Source of the DNA: Trichoplax adhaerens | Taxonomy: Eukaryota > Animalia > Placozoa | Length of the DNA: 64,000 bases | Assembly: GCF_000150275.1 (NCBI RefSeq) | Contig: NW_002060963.1 | Span: 19,669 to 83,668, forward strand | Reading direction: 5' to 3' | Shown: one piece after another, positions 25,123 through 38,540 of the stretch | How the letters are laid out: each line of letters starts with the position of its first letter | Numbering within the stretch: position 1 is the first letter of the stretch | Program-made: the position numbers and the translations under genes | The notes under the pieces: generated by a model | Told to the model about the DNA's origin: nothing | The model's database searches: none | Seen by the model: the letters and a program-made list of their open reading frames with translations, nothing else

Positions 25123-28100
25123 TCAATTTTGTAAAGAATACTGAAAACCGTTATCTTGCTTATCGGGTAGCTCATGGGGATTTAATATGCCAGGCACAGC
25201 CATTTGCCTTTTTCTTTTCTCTTCATCTGCTTTAGCCAATTCTGCTTCTCTTTCACTCAAAAATAAATCACTTACATCTTCCCCGCAATATTCCTTCGCC
25301 GAAAGTAATAAGTAATTAGATGAGGCTCAATTTTTAACAATTTCCCAAAACACGTATTTGATCTAAATCTAAACCACAAATACCTTTATTTGGACTAGAA
25401 AATCGCGCAGATGTTCTCGAAAAGCGTTTGTGTCTTCGTTGAGATCAAATAGGCCTTTCACGATAATGTGAATTTGTGAACTATACACAGTCAAAAAACA
25501 TTATTGTTACAGAAAAATTTCGATCAATATCCCAAAATTATAACAATAGTTCATAATTGTATTTCTTACTCTAGTAAATGAGGGTAAGCCTGCTTCAGCA
25601 AACCACCAATAAACTCCAACAAATACGTTCTGTTATCCATATTAGGGTTAGGAGCATTGCTAGGATCATACAGTGGAATTTTAACTTTACCATTTTCGAC
25701 AATACGGAACATATAAGCCAGTATCTTTGCCTGCTTGTTCAAACCTAAAAGAGAAGTACTTTCTTCATAATCTGAACTCTAACAGTCAAAAATCTCTATC
25801 AAACAGCAAACGTACTTGCAACATGGGATGAATCTGTTAGCACAGAAAAGACATGTTGCAGTAAAGATACATAAAAAGCTTGATAGAAACCCTGCTTAGC
25901 AGCATCGGCGGCTTGCAATTGCACATTTTCCAGAAATGTCTGCAGCATGTCCAGAGCTGTTACAGAATTGTATGATTACATTAGCACGGTATTATACAGA
26001 AATAATAAATGCATGGCAAATGTTATAACGTTTCAATCGATAAGCAACAAATAGAGATCTAACGATAATAAACGAACCTGTGTCTGCGACATTGCGCATC
26101 GTATGCTTCATACCCCAAATTATAGAATTAATTACCAAAGAAAATTCATCCGGTGGTATATGAAAAAAGGCTAGACATATATGCCAAGAAAGAGTCTTAC
26201 TTAGACTATCCAACTCAACTCAATGATCTTATCGTAATGAAATATTTCTATACTCATAAATAGTACCTTCAAAAGTATGTTTCGTAATAGCTTGTAACAG
26301 CAAGTAAAAGTTTACACGATGTTCTGGGTATTCTTCGAAGTCCTTCAATCAGCGTATATATAAATTGACATTAGTAATAGAAAGAGCTATACAGACCACT
26401 GTCATACTATGCATACCTTATTGATCATATTTAATGTACATTGAAAGCTAGCGGTAAATATAACAGGAATATGGCCCATGATATGATTCTAAAATATGAA
26501 CGTTTTGACAAATGTTAAAGAAGTAACGTCTTGGAGAATTAAAAATTAAATAGTCTAATCATTACTATGAGACTTACTTCTAATCGGTTTATAATTATAG
26601 CAAAGGAGTTTAAAACTTCCGGTTCTCTTGCAGCAGGAATACTCCTTTGATAATCACCAAGTACGGCATTCATTAAAGGAGGGATGAAGTTTTCGCAGAC
26701 CTAAATATTTGGAGGTATGAAATTAAGCTATGTAGGTTAGAATTATTATAGTAGATATTATAAAACGTACGGTTTTAGGATCATGCGATTGCTCTATCCA
26801 CTTCGATATCAATTTAAGGATTTCTTTCTTGATGGCTCGCATAGTTTTAATAACAGGTTCTTTAACAGCCGCTTCTCCTACAATTCATAACACGGAACAG
26901 TTAACTTATGATTTTTACTACGCCAGTGCAGAACAGAGTTCTTACCCCTAGTTGCAACACATGACAGGATACTTTCGCCTAAGGTGCTATATAAATTCAG
27001 CATTTCCAAATAATTTCGTCTCAACTGGACGATAAAGTCATGCCCAATCGATTTACAAGCTCTTCCATTCGTTTTTAGGATGCTGTATATGGTTTTTAAA
27101 TTTTCTGGATCTTTAAGAATATCAGGATTCTATATACATAAATAGAATAAAATGATTGGAGATAATGATATAACAACAAGGGTAACCTCTAAATAACAAT
27201 TGTTGTACTTTTGAAGCTTCGTTCAGAATTGTATCCCAGCTGCTATTTGGTAATGACATCAATTTCTCTATGAGTCTTTCCATTACGACCTTATCCTGTT
27301 TATTATCAACCCAATGTTGCATTTTGTCAATAGAAGTTGCCATAGGGCATAAAAATAAATCCAAATATTTGATAACTTACAGGTTGAGCGCTTATCATAT
27401 ACCCAACTGCTTCGTAAAATGTTTGAACCTAAGATAAGAAGTATTTTACAACGTTTCAAATACTTATACAACACATTAAAAAGAATTAGCACTACGAAAT
27501 TCTATACAATCACAAATCACGAAACAAGCCGGTTACTTAATTCGAACCTGTTGAGGTTGCAAGTCACATATAATACTACTAAGGTCATTCAATATTGTCT
27601 CAATAAACGGCATAACTTCAGCTGATTGAACCTAAGGAAGAAGTTATAGAAAAATCGTATTCAATTCAGATTGTATTACATTAACAGTAGATAGATAACA
27701 GCAGCAAATATGAATTACATGTATAAAATGAGGTCTGCATTTCTGAGCAATCTTGATAAATGTATCGCATGCCATGTCCTGGACTCCATCATGTGTTTCT
27801 GTTTATAGAATAAACTTCAGTTAGTCTCGATATGCGCAGATGTGAAGCATTACTAAAATTCGTAATACAAACCGTGCATAAACTCGAAAAGTTTGTTAAC
27901 AACAGTTTTCAAAAACTTCCAATGAGCCCTGAAAATAAGCTTCTGGGTTTAATGACATGTCTATTTTGTACTAACATTAACAGAGCAAAAGTAAACAAAC
28001 CTTAAGAATCTTGGATATTGTCCAACAATGTACATAATGTTTGAAGCTATGATCGCTTTATTGTCTTTGCCTCTCTTTACTTCACACAATCCTAGTAAAT

Positions 28101-31100
28101 CCTAAATAGTAGTCAACGATACTACTGTTACGATATTAAACATACCGAATGTTGGCAGAACTTTATACGTACCTTAATAACCGCAACAAGGAAGCGTTTT
28201 TCGCCTTCTTCATGCATTGCGCCGCTAATAGAGCCAATGGCCCAGCATAGCTAAGGCCATCAATAACAATCCCATTTAATAATAGAGAATCATTAAGATT
28301 ATTACAATTAACTCTAATAACCTCTTTGCAAGTAATGGGACATTTTAAATATTTATCTTACCGTATTTAAATTTTTCCAAGACCATTCTGTGCCATTCAC
28401 TTGGTTTTGCAACTTTTCGGTCATTATTCTCTCAATATCCGTATAGTCCAAGTGTGTTAAATATACTGGTAGATAAAAAATCGGTGCAGTTATAATTTCA
28501 AGATACATCTAATAAAATATATAGTATAGGAAAGAAAAGAGCTTCATCGGTACCTAATGTTTCTCTCATGCTCTTGTACATATTAATCGCATCAGTATCC
28601 TTCATAAATTCTCGTACTACTTCTCCATGCTCATTCTCAACTACTAATACCTTTAAAAGATTTAAAGCGTTAGTCATAATAATATGAGGTTTTAACAAAT
28701 GACTCAGCACCAATAAATTGCGGAGATGATACTATAGTACATACCTCTTCAGGTTTGGCCATTCGGGAAATCATTATATATCGCACCTTTAGATAATACG
28801 ATAGATTATTTTTAATATGACACAAGTATTTCTTAGCTATCTATCATTCTAAAATTACCTTCGATAGAACAGATTGGTAAAGTTGGCGCCTAGGCGTTTG
28901 ATGCGTCGGTAGGCCTAAGATTGGGCTGGCAGTTGCAAGAGGACTCTCTCGATATAAATCAGCTGCCAATGTGTTCCAATATTCTAAGCAAATCTTAAAT
29001 ATCTCAGTTTCTTCCACTTCAGATATTAATACCAAGTAATGCAATGCCTGAGTTAAATAAAAGGAGTACCAAAAATTCGAATTTAACGAGACGCGTTTCA
29101 ATATTTTAGGTCTAATATCTTTATAAGGAAATTACCTCAAGTAAGGGAGTGTGGAGGTCGACCTATAAAGTAGGTAAAACGGTTACAATTAGCAACATAC
29201 CAATCAATACAGTCTTTCAAGATAACACAACGAAGTATGAGACTGACCAAATAAAGCATGGATGGAATACTATACAAATATTGTTATGAAAGCTTGACTT
29301 ACTTTTGCCTCTAAAACATCTCCATGTTCACTGAGAAAGGTATGCAGGAATAAACTTAAATTTTGAATAAAGTATTGTTCATCATTTGTTCCATTTCCAT
29401 ACGCTTCCTTAATGTTAATTGATAAAGGAAGAATCTGCGATAACAAAACAAAAATCGAACCCAATAAGAAATTGTATATAAAGCGTTCATGTATGTAAAT
29501 ATCTGTTAATCATACTATCTATGCATACCTGTTTTAGATTTGCTAGAGTAGACGTAAACAGTTCTATAAACTGCCCTTCGTACTGCGAAGCTTTGATTCC
29601 AGCTATTTCAGCAAAAAAACAGTCAAATCAAGTAATGAACGAAAACATCTCATATTACTCAAGCTATTTGTGAGTTCTGTAGTTCTTACAAATTTCCGTA
29701 AGACATTTTAACGTTGCATTTCTGAATAACGGGACATTCAAGAACTATTTAATAGTTAAAATCGAAAACATCAGTTAATAAATGACGACTAATTATGTTA
29801 ATAACGAAGAAAGTGAAACAAACTTTATAAATCATTGTGTTGATCAAGTTGGTTTCAAATATGTAGCCAAGCGGTATCCAACTTAGGAAGCGCAATAACG
29901 TCTAAATTATAAAATTTTTCGTATTAAATAAATCCAAGCATTTCAGCTACTATTAATCTCAAACTAAAATCAACTCACATTCAAAGTTGTACATATAAGC
30001 TGTGGATTTTGCGATGTTTCCTAATGTTGTTAAATGAAATACAATTACACTTATTAAGAATAAAGTATTACTTGATTTATTATTTTAAGTCTGTACTAAC
30101 CATAATATGCTGGCACAATGCATATACTTCTGAAAATTCGTTGCACATGCTACATAAGAGTCTATATTAGTATTCGTAGCATTCAAATAAAAGAATAATT
30201 GCTACTACCAACCTGTCCTTTAAATGCTTAATTTTTCCTTGCGTCATTTGGCCTAGAGAGAACTCGAAAACATCCTCACTATAAAAAATGCGAGATCGGT
30301 CAACATTTATCATAATACCATTATAAGGATACATGCTTCAAATTTTAATCAATATAATTATAAGCCGCTATTGTCGACGAAAATACCTTAAGAGTTTCAG
30401 AATTACCAAATTGTTTTGACATAGTGACTGATTTGTACGACAAGATCCACAAATGTCACTGATAAAGGTTGGCCAGTTTTTGGGCCATTCTTTCTTTAAA
30501 ATCTATAAATTATTACGATCTTATTACTACAATACTGAAAACAATTCAACGAGGTTGTCCTATATTAATATTGCGTTTACCTGTACCAGGATAATGTTCA
30601 TCTTATTTAAGAAAGTTTTCTGTTTCTGGATATAATTTTAAGAATTGAATACAGAATATTCAGTTGTAACCAGGACAGAAATCAAGACAACTTTGATATT
30701 AACTATCTACGTACTTCTGCTAATTCCGTGTCAGAAGAGATCTTTATTATTTGGCCAACAGTGAAGTCTTTTATACCTGATAATATAATTCATAATCATT
30801 TAAAAATTTCGAAACAGTGATCTTGAAGGCAACCAAGTCAGTTACCTTGTCTTTGCTGTGGTGGCAAGACTTTCCATCTAGTTTGAATGACATACTCGAG
30901 AATTTGCAAAGCAAAATACTGAAACAAGTAGAACAAAGTAATTATGTTTATTATAAAATAATAATAATGTATAAAATTAACAGATCTTATTTATGCTTTC
31001 GTTGAAAACCTTCGAGTGGTCATAAGTTGACAGTTCTAAAATAGCTTCAACGACAGTCCAAGAATGCGGATGTTGCTTCAGTTCATCCAAGACCTTTTGT

Positions 31101-32744
31101 AAATATTGCCTCTACAAGAGTTATTTTGATAATAGCATTAAATATATGCTTTAATAAATCTCTCCATTAGTAAATAAAATATTTTGATTTAAGCTAAATA
31201 GACGGCGAAAACTATTTTATTATCTATTCATTATAGTCTACAATTATATTATGCCGGCAAAACGCATACCATTTACAATTTATACATACATTCTTTTTAA
31301 GTTTACTTGTCAAGTTGAAGGACTATCAAATATTGTATATTGATACTAGAATTTAACCGTTAAAATGAAAACATGAGTCCTGAAAGATATTTCTCATATA
31401 GAAATAATTTTATTCTACCATGTATCTGCTCTAATAATAACATTTTGTTGGGCTATTGTTATCGGAGGCAAAATTTGGCAATTAGTAAGGTATCAAGTTG
31501 CAAACATGCGACTGATACAAAGCGTTGATAGTTTTTTTTCAAGAAGATGAAGTTACAGTAATGTAGTCCATACAGGACTCTAACACTTGATATGAATTAT
31601 ACATAATTAATGGAACACATCTACATTTTCTTATCAACGGCGCATTAAAACGTTGGCTACAATAATGGTGACAGTAAAAATAAGCAACAGCCTATAGCTC
31701 AAACATTCGTCCACTTTAACGAAAGCATTACTATAAATGCAAATACTAGCTCTATATTGACGGCGGCGTAGAAATGACAAAAAAATGTCCATGATGATAG
31801 ATGATAGCTACTTGATTTTATAATCAAATAGTCCAAAAGCTTACTACTCATATGCGAAAGCATATCGCTATATATCAATGATATATAACAAAAAAGTAAT
31901 GGAGGACTTTAATTTCGATATGTATTCCGATGCGTAGTCATGCAATACAAATTGCGTACTTTTACTTTGTAATATACATGTTAGAGCATTTACACTTGCA
32001 GCAAGACTTAAATGAAAGACCTATTAGCATCTTGCTAGACAGGTTCAATGACTTAGGTATTGTACACATTTTCATACCAAGAGTATGCCAATTCGCTGAA
32101 GAGCCGTAATAAGGATATACATAGAGGAAGATAATATAAGGTAGATAAAACTACAACTATAGCACATCATGCCCATGAGTTGGTAGAGAATGCACATAGC
32201 AAGTTCAATAAAAGTAAATCAGCAGACGTGACATTAGTAATTTAGTATTACGCATAATAATAACGACTAAACTAGAATAGAAATACGCATTTACATCATT
32301 CATAACACAACTTAGCATTGTCTTTCGAACACGAGATATTCATGGCTACATCGTGAAGAAACGTGAAATAAAACGGTTGAAAGCCATTTCCAGAAGCAAT
32401 AACAATAAAAATTTTTACTTCTAAAGTATAAAGTATCGTATAGTATGAATATAATTATTAATACGCGTATAGTACCGCAAGTCAACAATAATACCAATTA
32501 CGTTGCTTGTAATTCATAAGTTTTACTGTAATATAGATCAAAGGAATGTACAATAAAACTAACTAAATGACAAATTACAGTATGATTATATAGTAAAGGA
32601 ATATAAGTTACAAAATACCTGAGGCAATTCTCCGATGCACATGTTAACGCTAGCTAGTGTGCGATCCAAAATGTCAACAGGAAACTTTTGATTAAAATCG
32701 AGAAGTCTCTTTGCTTCATCCTCGTTGGGTAAGATAATGGCCAT
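25123..32744 (-). CDS. XPO1: Exportin-1 / CRM1 (many short exons)
   Basis: N-terminus [27 protein letters not shown]. Motifs [67 protein letters not shown] and [14 protein letters not shown]-terminus [25 protein letters not shown]. Confidence 0.96.
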
Positions 32745-35700
32745 CCTTGATTTTATCTTAAGCGTAGCTATCTCGTAGTTTTGATGAAATCGTAATCACT
32801 CTAAATATTATGATAGAAGATTATCACTTTACATGCTGGTCAGAGCATCAATTAAGTTGTCAAAGCCGACAAAGAATTACAAATTTAACGTTAAGCAGCT
32901 CACTAACATGCAAGAGTAGGTAAAGCTTACTATCTGCGTATTGCAACAGCCTTGCCAGCTATGTACAGTGCAGCGATCAATGTACATGCTTATTAATATT
33001 AATGAGTGTAATAATAATTCGCCGATACGCTTAAACAGTATAAACCTAGTCGAGACAATGCTATTTTTGGCTAAACGATTAAATTCTAGGATAATTCGTT
33101 TACTCTCGCAACGCCTATTTGTTACAACGTATGATACCTGGTTTATTCTATGATGTTAATTACCGAAATTTTACTCTAGCAATAAAATAATTAGTAACCT
33201 GATAAAATAATCATATTTTCCTTTGGATGCAAATCACTTTCGCACCGTATAATCTCTTGCATAGGAAACTAATGTATGCTACGAAAGCGATCGTTGTAAA
33301 GAATGATGGTTAATAAATACCAGGTTTGAGATCCATAAGGTGCTACGACAATATCTACAGTTGGTAGAGAGCAAATAGATTCAGGCATGAACAAATTGCA
33401 TACTCTGGTTGCAAGCTTCGTAGCACAGCTTGATATCATTACGAACTTTTAGCCATTACCAATGACACTAAAACAGTGTTTAAAATAATAGCCACTGAAT
33501 AGTCACACATATGTTGATACCCGACTAATGGGTGATTTGTATTTATATAGTGACTCCTACACTAAGTTGTCGCAGATCCTGTTTAGGGCACAAAACCTGC
33601 AAAGATGTCGACTACATGCAGTACTTGTATGAAACGAATACTGATACTGCACGATATGTTTATTTAAGATTTCAATTCAGTTTATAACCATAACGTAATA
33701 TCATTCATTAACCCACCCCACCCCCATCGAAAGAAATAACATTATTAATACTATATTAAATATCATGGAAAGAATTTCAATATTATTCCAAGAATAATAA
33801 CATTCAGGTAGGTATTTCACTGTAATAACGGGTTTTGAGGGTTACTGTATAATGATAAGCATATCAACCAAGGGTTAAATTTGTTGTCAATTCCTATAAT
33901 TGATGGAATACATAGTATGATATAGTAATATGTATTCATAGTCACTATAAGTCATATCTGCACCGTTGAAGTAGGCTGAAGAGAATATTACACGTTACAA
34001 CTCTTACTCTGTGGACGCGATCATTAGTAATTGAACTATAAAAATCTTAACGGTCAAGCGGCGATATCTTACGAAGTGTCCAGTCGAACTTATTATGCAA
34101 TCATAACTAAAGTGCGTGATATTCAAGCAATCTACATCAAGTACCGTTACTTACACGATCTTAGACGTAGACAGCAAACTATAAATCAAATCATCTACGT
34201 CAATGGCACATATTTTATTACAATTTAACTACCATTGGCAAGTTATTTCTGTTCCTGTAGTCTAGTAGAGTAGATACAGTACCTCAATTTGACAGCTTTC
34301 AGTATTGGACTGATGCTGCTAACCGTAATTTCTGATGTTTAGGATAAGATTATCATCAAGGTGGATGACTTTGCATCGGAAAAACTAATAATATCCGTAA
34401 TTAAAATAACCTCTTCAATACTTTAATACTACTATCTTTTACGTATACTCTGATGGAAATGCAGCATATTAATAACACTCGATTGCATTAAAACTGTAAC
34501 AACTCGTATAGTGCAGATGGTGCAGACGTAAAACTACCAATAGAGTGTCCAATAGCTAGATAGTAACTGATATATATTAACCCTATTATAATAATAATTA
34601 TTGTATGAAATTGGAGAACGATCGGTGTACCATACTGGCAAGTACAGTACTTCTTCAATCCGATATTGATATTAACTCATCACTGTACTGCAATGATATC
34701 AATAGCTCATGGATTAACAATTTTGTTAACACTCTTACTGTACAGTATAAGTCTAACATTTCATGATAATCATTAATTAACGTGTATATCAATAAATTCA
34801 ATGCTATCAATCAGGCATCGGTACATCAGTGGATTAATAACACTATAACGTAGTAGGGCTGGGTGCATTATGATTTGGAATTCAATAAAAATTAATTGAA
34901 CTATATTATCGGCAGGCGATACTACTGACCATTAATGATTTATCTGCAGTGGCTTCGAAGCAATAACAACGACAACGTTCTACTTAAACGCTAACTTCAG
35001 TTACCTCGATCAAATGATAGTCATTTCAATTTCTGCATAATCAACTTGTTAATGCTTAGTACTGCATCGATGATAAGGAGCAAGTTGGAATTATGCCAAA
35101 TACAATCGATTCAACTACAAGTTTTACTTGTTTCATGCTCAAATGTAACAATCCAGCATTGATTTCCTTCATCATGGTAGTCATGACTTCACGGTCGAGT
35201 CATCACTATCTGCTCACCATCATCAATTGCAACAACAATGACTACAAGTAAAAAGATTCAACGAGCTTGTGATGAAAAAAATTTGAAATGTTATTTCCGG
35301 GGATACCAGAAGTACAATCGCAATCATCATGGACAGTTATTTTCTCCAATGAATGTCAGCCATAAACGAACGCTACGTTATGATGAATAACTGCATTCTA
35401 AGCCTATATCGATGTCATGGACTAAACAAATTGATAATGGTCCAAATTGAAATCAAATTACCAATTGGAAAATCGTTGTTGGAATGTCAAGTGAAGTACT
35501 GATACTATGGCATCCTACTACTGTATTGAGAAGAAGCATTTGCTCCTTATCATAGCTGCTAGAGCTGATCGACACCAAAGAACGTCATCAAACTACTCGT
35601 CTTCACTCGATATTTCCATGCATTTAACACTTGCATATCGTTGAATTGGAATGAATGCAATATGCCACCACGCAAACTACATTATTGACACTAGGAAAGT

Positions 35701-36359
35701 AAGATTAGCAACGCAAAAGTGCTTACTTTCAATCACTTATTGTCATTGCCATACTGTACAGTACTGTAGATGGGTCATTAGGAGGAGTCATGAACGTACA
35801 ACATACTTACTAGGTTGAACTGTCTTTTTGCGCGCTCTGGCTTTATCACTTTCAAGATTGGTGAACGTCTCTTATCCAAATTCAACTCAATTTTCAAGCC
35901 AGGCTATTTTGCAGCTTGTATCTTTACAGCGTAAGCCAATCCTCTGGACAATTTAGACGTAATAATCCAGCAAATACCTATGGAATAGTGTTGCTTTTTT
36001 CTCTTTCTGGACTGATCACTGACTAAAATTCAACTCGATGACTGATATTGTACCTACTGGAGCTTTGAAAATTGCTTACTGAACTCGACCAACGACTGCC
36101 TTAGTCTTTGTGTTCATGGCTTTGGTGCAAAGCGCAAGCTCGTCAAACTGGCTTGACGGGTTTTAAATACGTGCGCGCGCGCATTGCTTCCATTGTTTTC
36201 GTTTTGTCCGGTACAGCAACGTCATTCAAACTTTTCATTTCATTTCGGTTATGTCAGCTCTAAGTTGGCACATGTGCAGTGTAAATGATGACACCCCAAA
36301 TATGGACTTTCAAGATACATACAATACAGTATGCAAATAATTCATAGTTATTATTGATT

Positions 36360-38540
36360 AGCTCTACAGTACTGTCATCCTCAGTCAGTCAAGTCAAGAA
36401 TAGTAAAGACTGTAAACTTGCAGACACTACGCTACTGTTACTCTACAGTATTGTACTGTAGACTGTACACTGTACTGTACTGTACGGTGCTCTCCAGTAG
36501 ACATGTTTATTGACCGTAAGATTATTATCGACGGTTGGTACATATTTACCGTACCGCCAACGTCAATACAAGAGATACTACTGGACAGTATACAGTATTC
36601 CACTATAGTATTAGTATTAGTCTAGGCTTATAGTGTACAGTATTGGAAATATCATTTGGAATGACTTTTATGCTCAAGATGGACGACATCCATGACTTCC
36701 ATCATGATGCAGCATTATTGCTACATGATTCGTACTCAGAGAGATTTCTATGCGTATCTCGAAATAGAGCGACTCAAGACAATCATCATCGACATCGACA
36801 CTTCCATAGGGCTGCCTTAGTGAAAGCTATGAACGCAGTCTGTCCTAAGTCATTTGAATTACTGACTACTATACTGAGAACTCAGTGAGATGTAAAAAGT
36901 CCTTTTGAACTTATGCCTTCGAATCAGGAATGCCTTCTTCTCACGTGTTGTACCGCTATACTACACTGTACAGTGCAGTACAGTACATCATCATAATGGT
37001 CACACTGTACTGTACTGTACTGTACTGTATGACTCACATACAGTACTGTACAGTACAGTACAGTAGCACAGTACAGTGTACAGTACACCAAAACTGCTTC
37101 TGCATGATACTGTAGATTTAGTAGTGTACAGTACAGTATAATGTACTGTACTCAGTGACGACATAGATTTGATACGACTACGTCACGAACAGAAAATTCA
37201 AACTGTTTACGCGATTATTCGAACGTGAAAGAATAATTAATTACGCTGTACAGTACAGTTAGTGTTGTTGCGGAACACTAACTACTGTATAGTACTGTAC
37301 TTTGAAATTAAACGCGAAAATAGTATTATAATCATCATCACTTGAAATACCGGTTACGCCGGTGGAACTATGGAATCATAGTACATTGAAGATCACCATG
37401 GTGCGCAGTGACGTAGTCACTTTTAGGTTAATTTAAAGATGAAAATTTTTTCTTTGACAGCAAATCAAATCCTGGTTGTCATGTCGAAAAAAAATGACGA
37501 TCGAAAATAAAAATTGGATTGAGTTCATCACACCGATCTGACTTGTAGTCTACAGTACTGTACTGTACAGTACAGCACAAACTGCACATGTACCCGTTGC
37601 TTGTTGTAGGCTGTACTGCTGTAGTAATGTCCGATCGTCCGCATTTCCCTCACCTTCAGTGCTATACTTACAGTGCATACAGTACTGTACGTACGTACAG
37701 TACTGTAGAATTGCGAACAGGGCAAAATTACGAGACGACAAGGCACGATTGCTCATTGGCCTGATCCCCACGATAAACAAGAGAAACTAGGGAAAATCGT
37801 GGAGATCAGGCCAATGAGCATTGAGCAATCGTGTCTAGTTGTCTCGTCATTTTGCCCTCCTGAACATCAAGTTAAAATCTACAGTACTGTATGGAAAAGC
37901 CGGAGTTGCGGTACAGTATAGTACACTAGTACAGTGTGAACCAGTTCGAATCAGAGTACTGGTGCCCTAAAATCACGAGAGCGAATAGAAATGTAATAAA
38001 AATTATTAATTATACGAATATACTGTAAAGCTGAATAATAGCACTCTTTAGAGTGCTATCGGCAAAATACAGTAAATTGTTGTAAAGCTGCAAAATTTTG
38101 TACTGTACTGTACTGTACTGTACAGTACTGTACTTGGTTAAGTGCCCATACGCAACTGTACAGTACTGTAATTTGAAATTCATACTTGGCATGTACAGTA
38201 CAGTACAGTACAGTACAGTACAGTACAGTACTGTAGTTGTACTGTACAGTACAGTACAGTGGCTGATTATAATAATTTGAAAAGAGAGGCACGTGATACC
38301 TTCTGGCTATTGTTGTTTTCGGCCTTGGTATGTCTAGTTTCGAACGTGACGGAGTGCGCTGTAAAGCCTGTACAGCTCAAGCGTCAATTTACCGGATTTA
38401 CCAGTTATTTGCGCAAGTTATTTATACTCGTGCTAGTACCGTAATGCCTGTATTGTACGGTACAGTGCGATACGTGAATTTCCAGTCTCACATCCGGTGG
38501 CCGGTACCGGTACCGGTACCTGTGACCTATATCCAGTTAC
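36360..38540. repeat. Clustered (TACAG)n/(CTGTA)n pentamer tracts in both orientations
   Basis: Examples at 36450-36486, 37005-37088, 37550-37575, 38098-38133 and 38192-38259. Confidence 0.9.
37696..37891. repeat. Long imperfect inverted repeat (MITE-like hairpin)
   Basis: Arms at 37719-37774 and 37796-37858 (56 bp, 5 substitutions, one 7-bp duplication). The outer ends tacagtactgtaga/tctacagtactgta are also complementary. Confidence 0.85.

Noticed and set aside
37899-37970. tRNA/SINE-like B-box gttcgaatc
   Set aside because: No A-box or cloverleaf pairing.
36930-38292. Tyr/Cys/Thr/Val-rich ORFs (also 19928-20269 and 3413-3643)
   Set aside because: These are translations of TACAG/CTGTA pentamer repeats.
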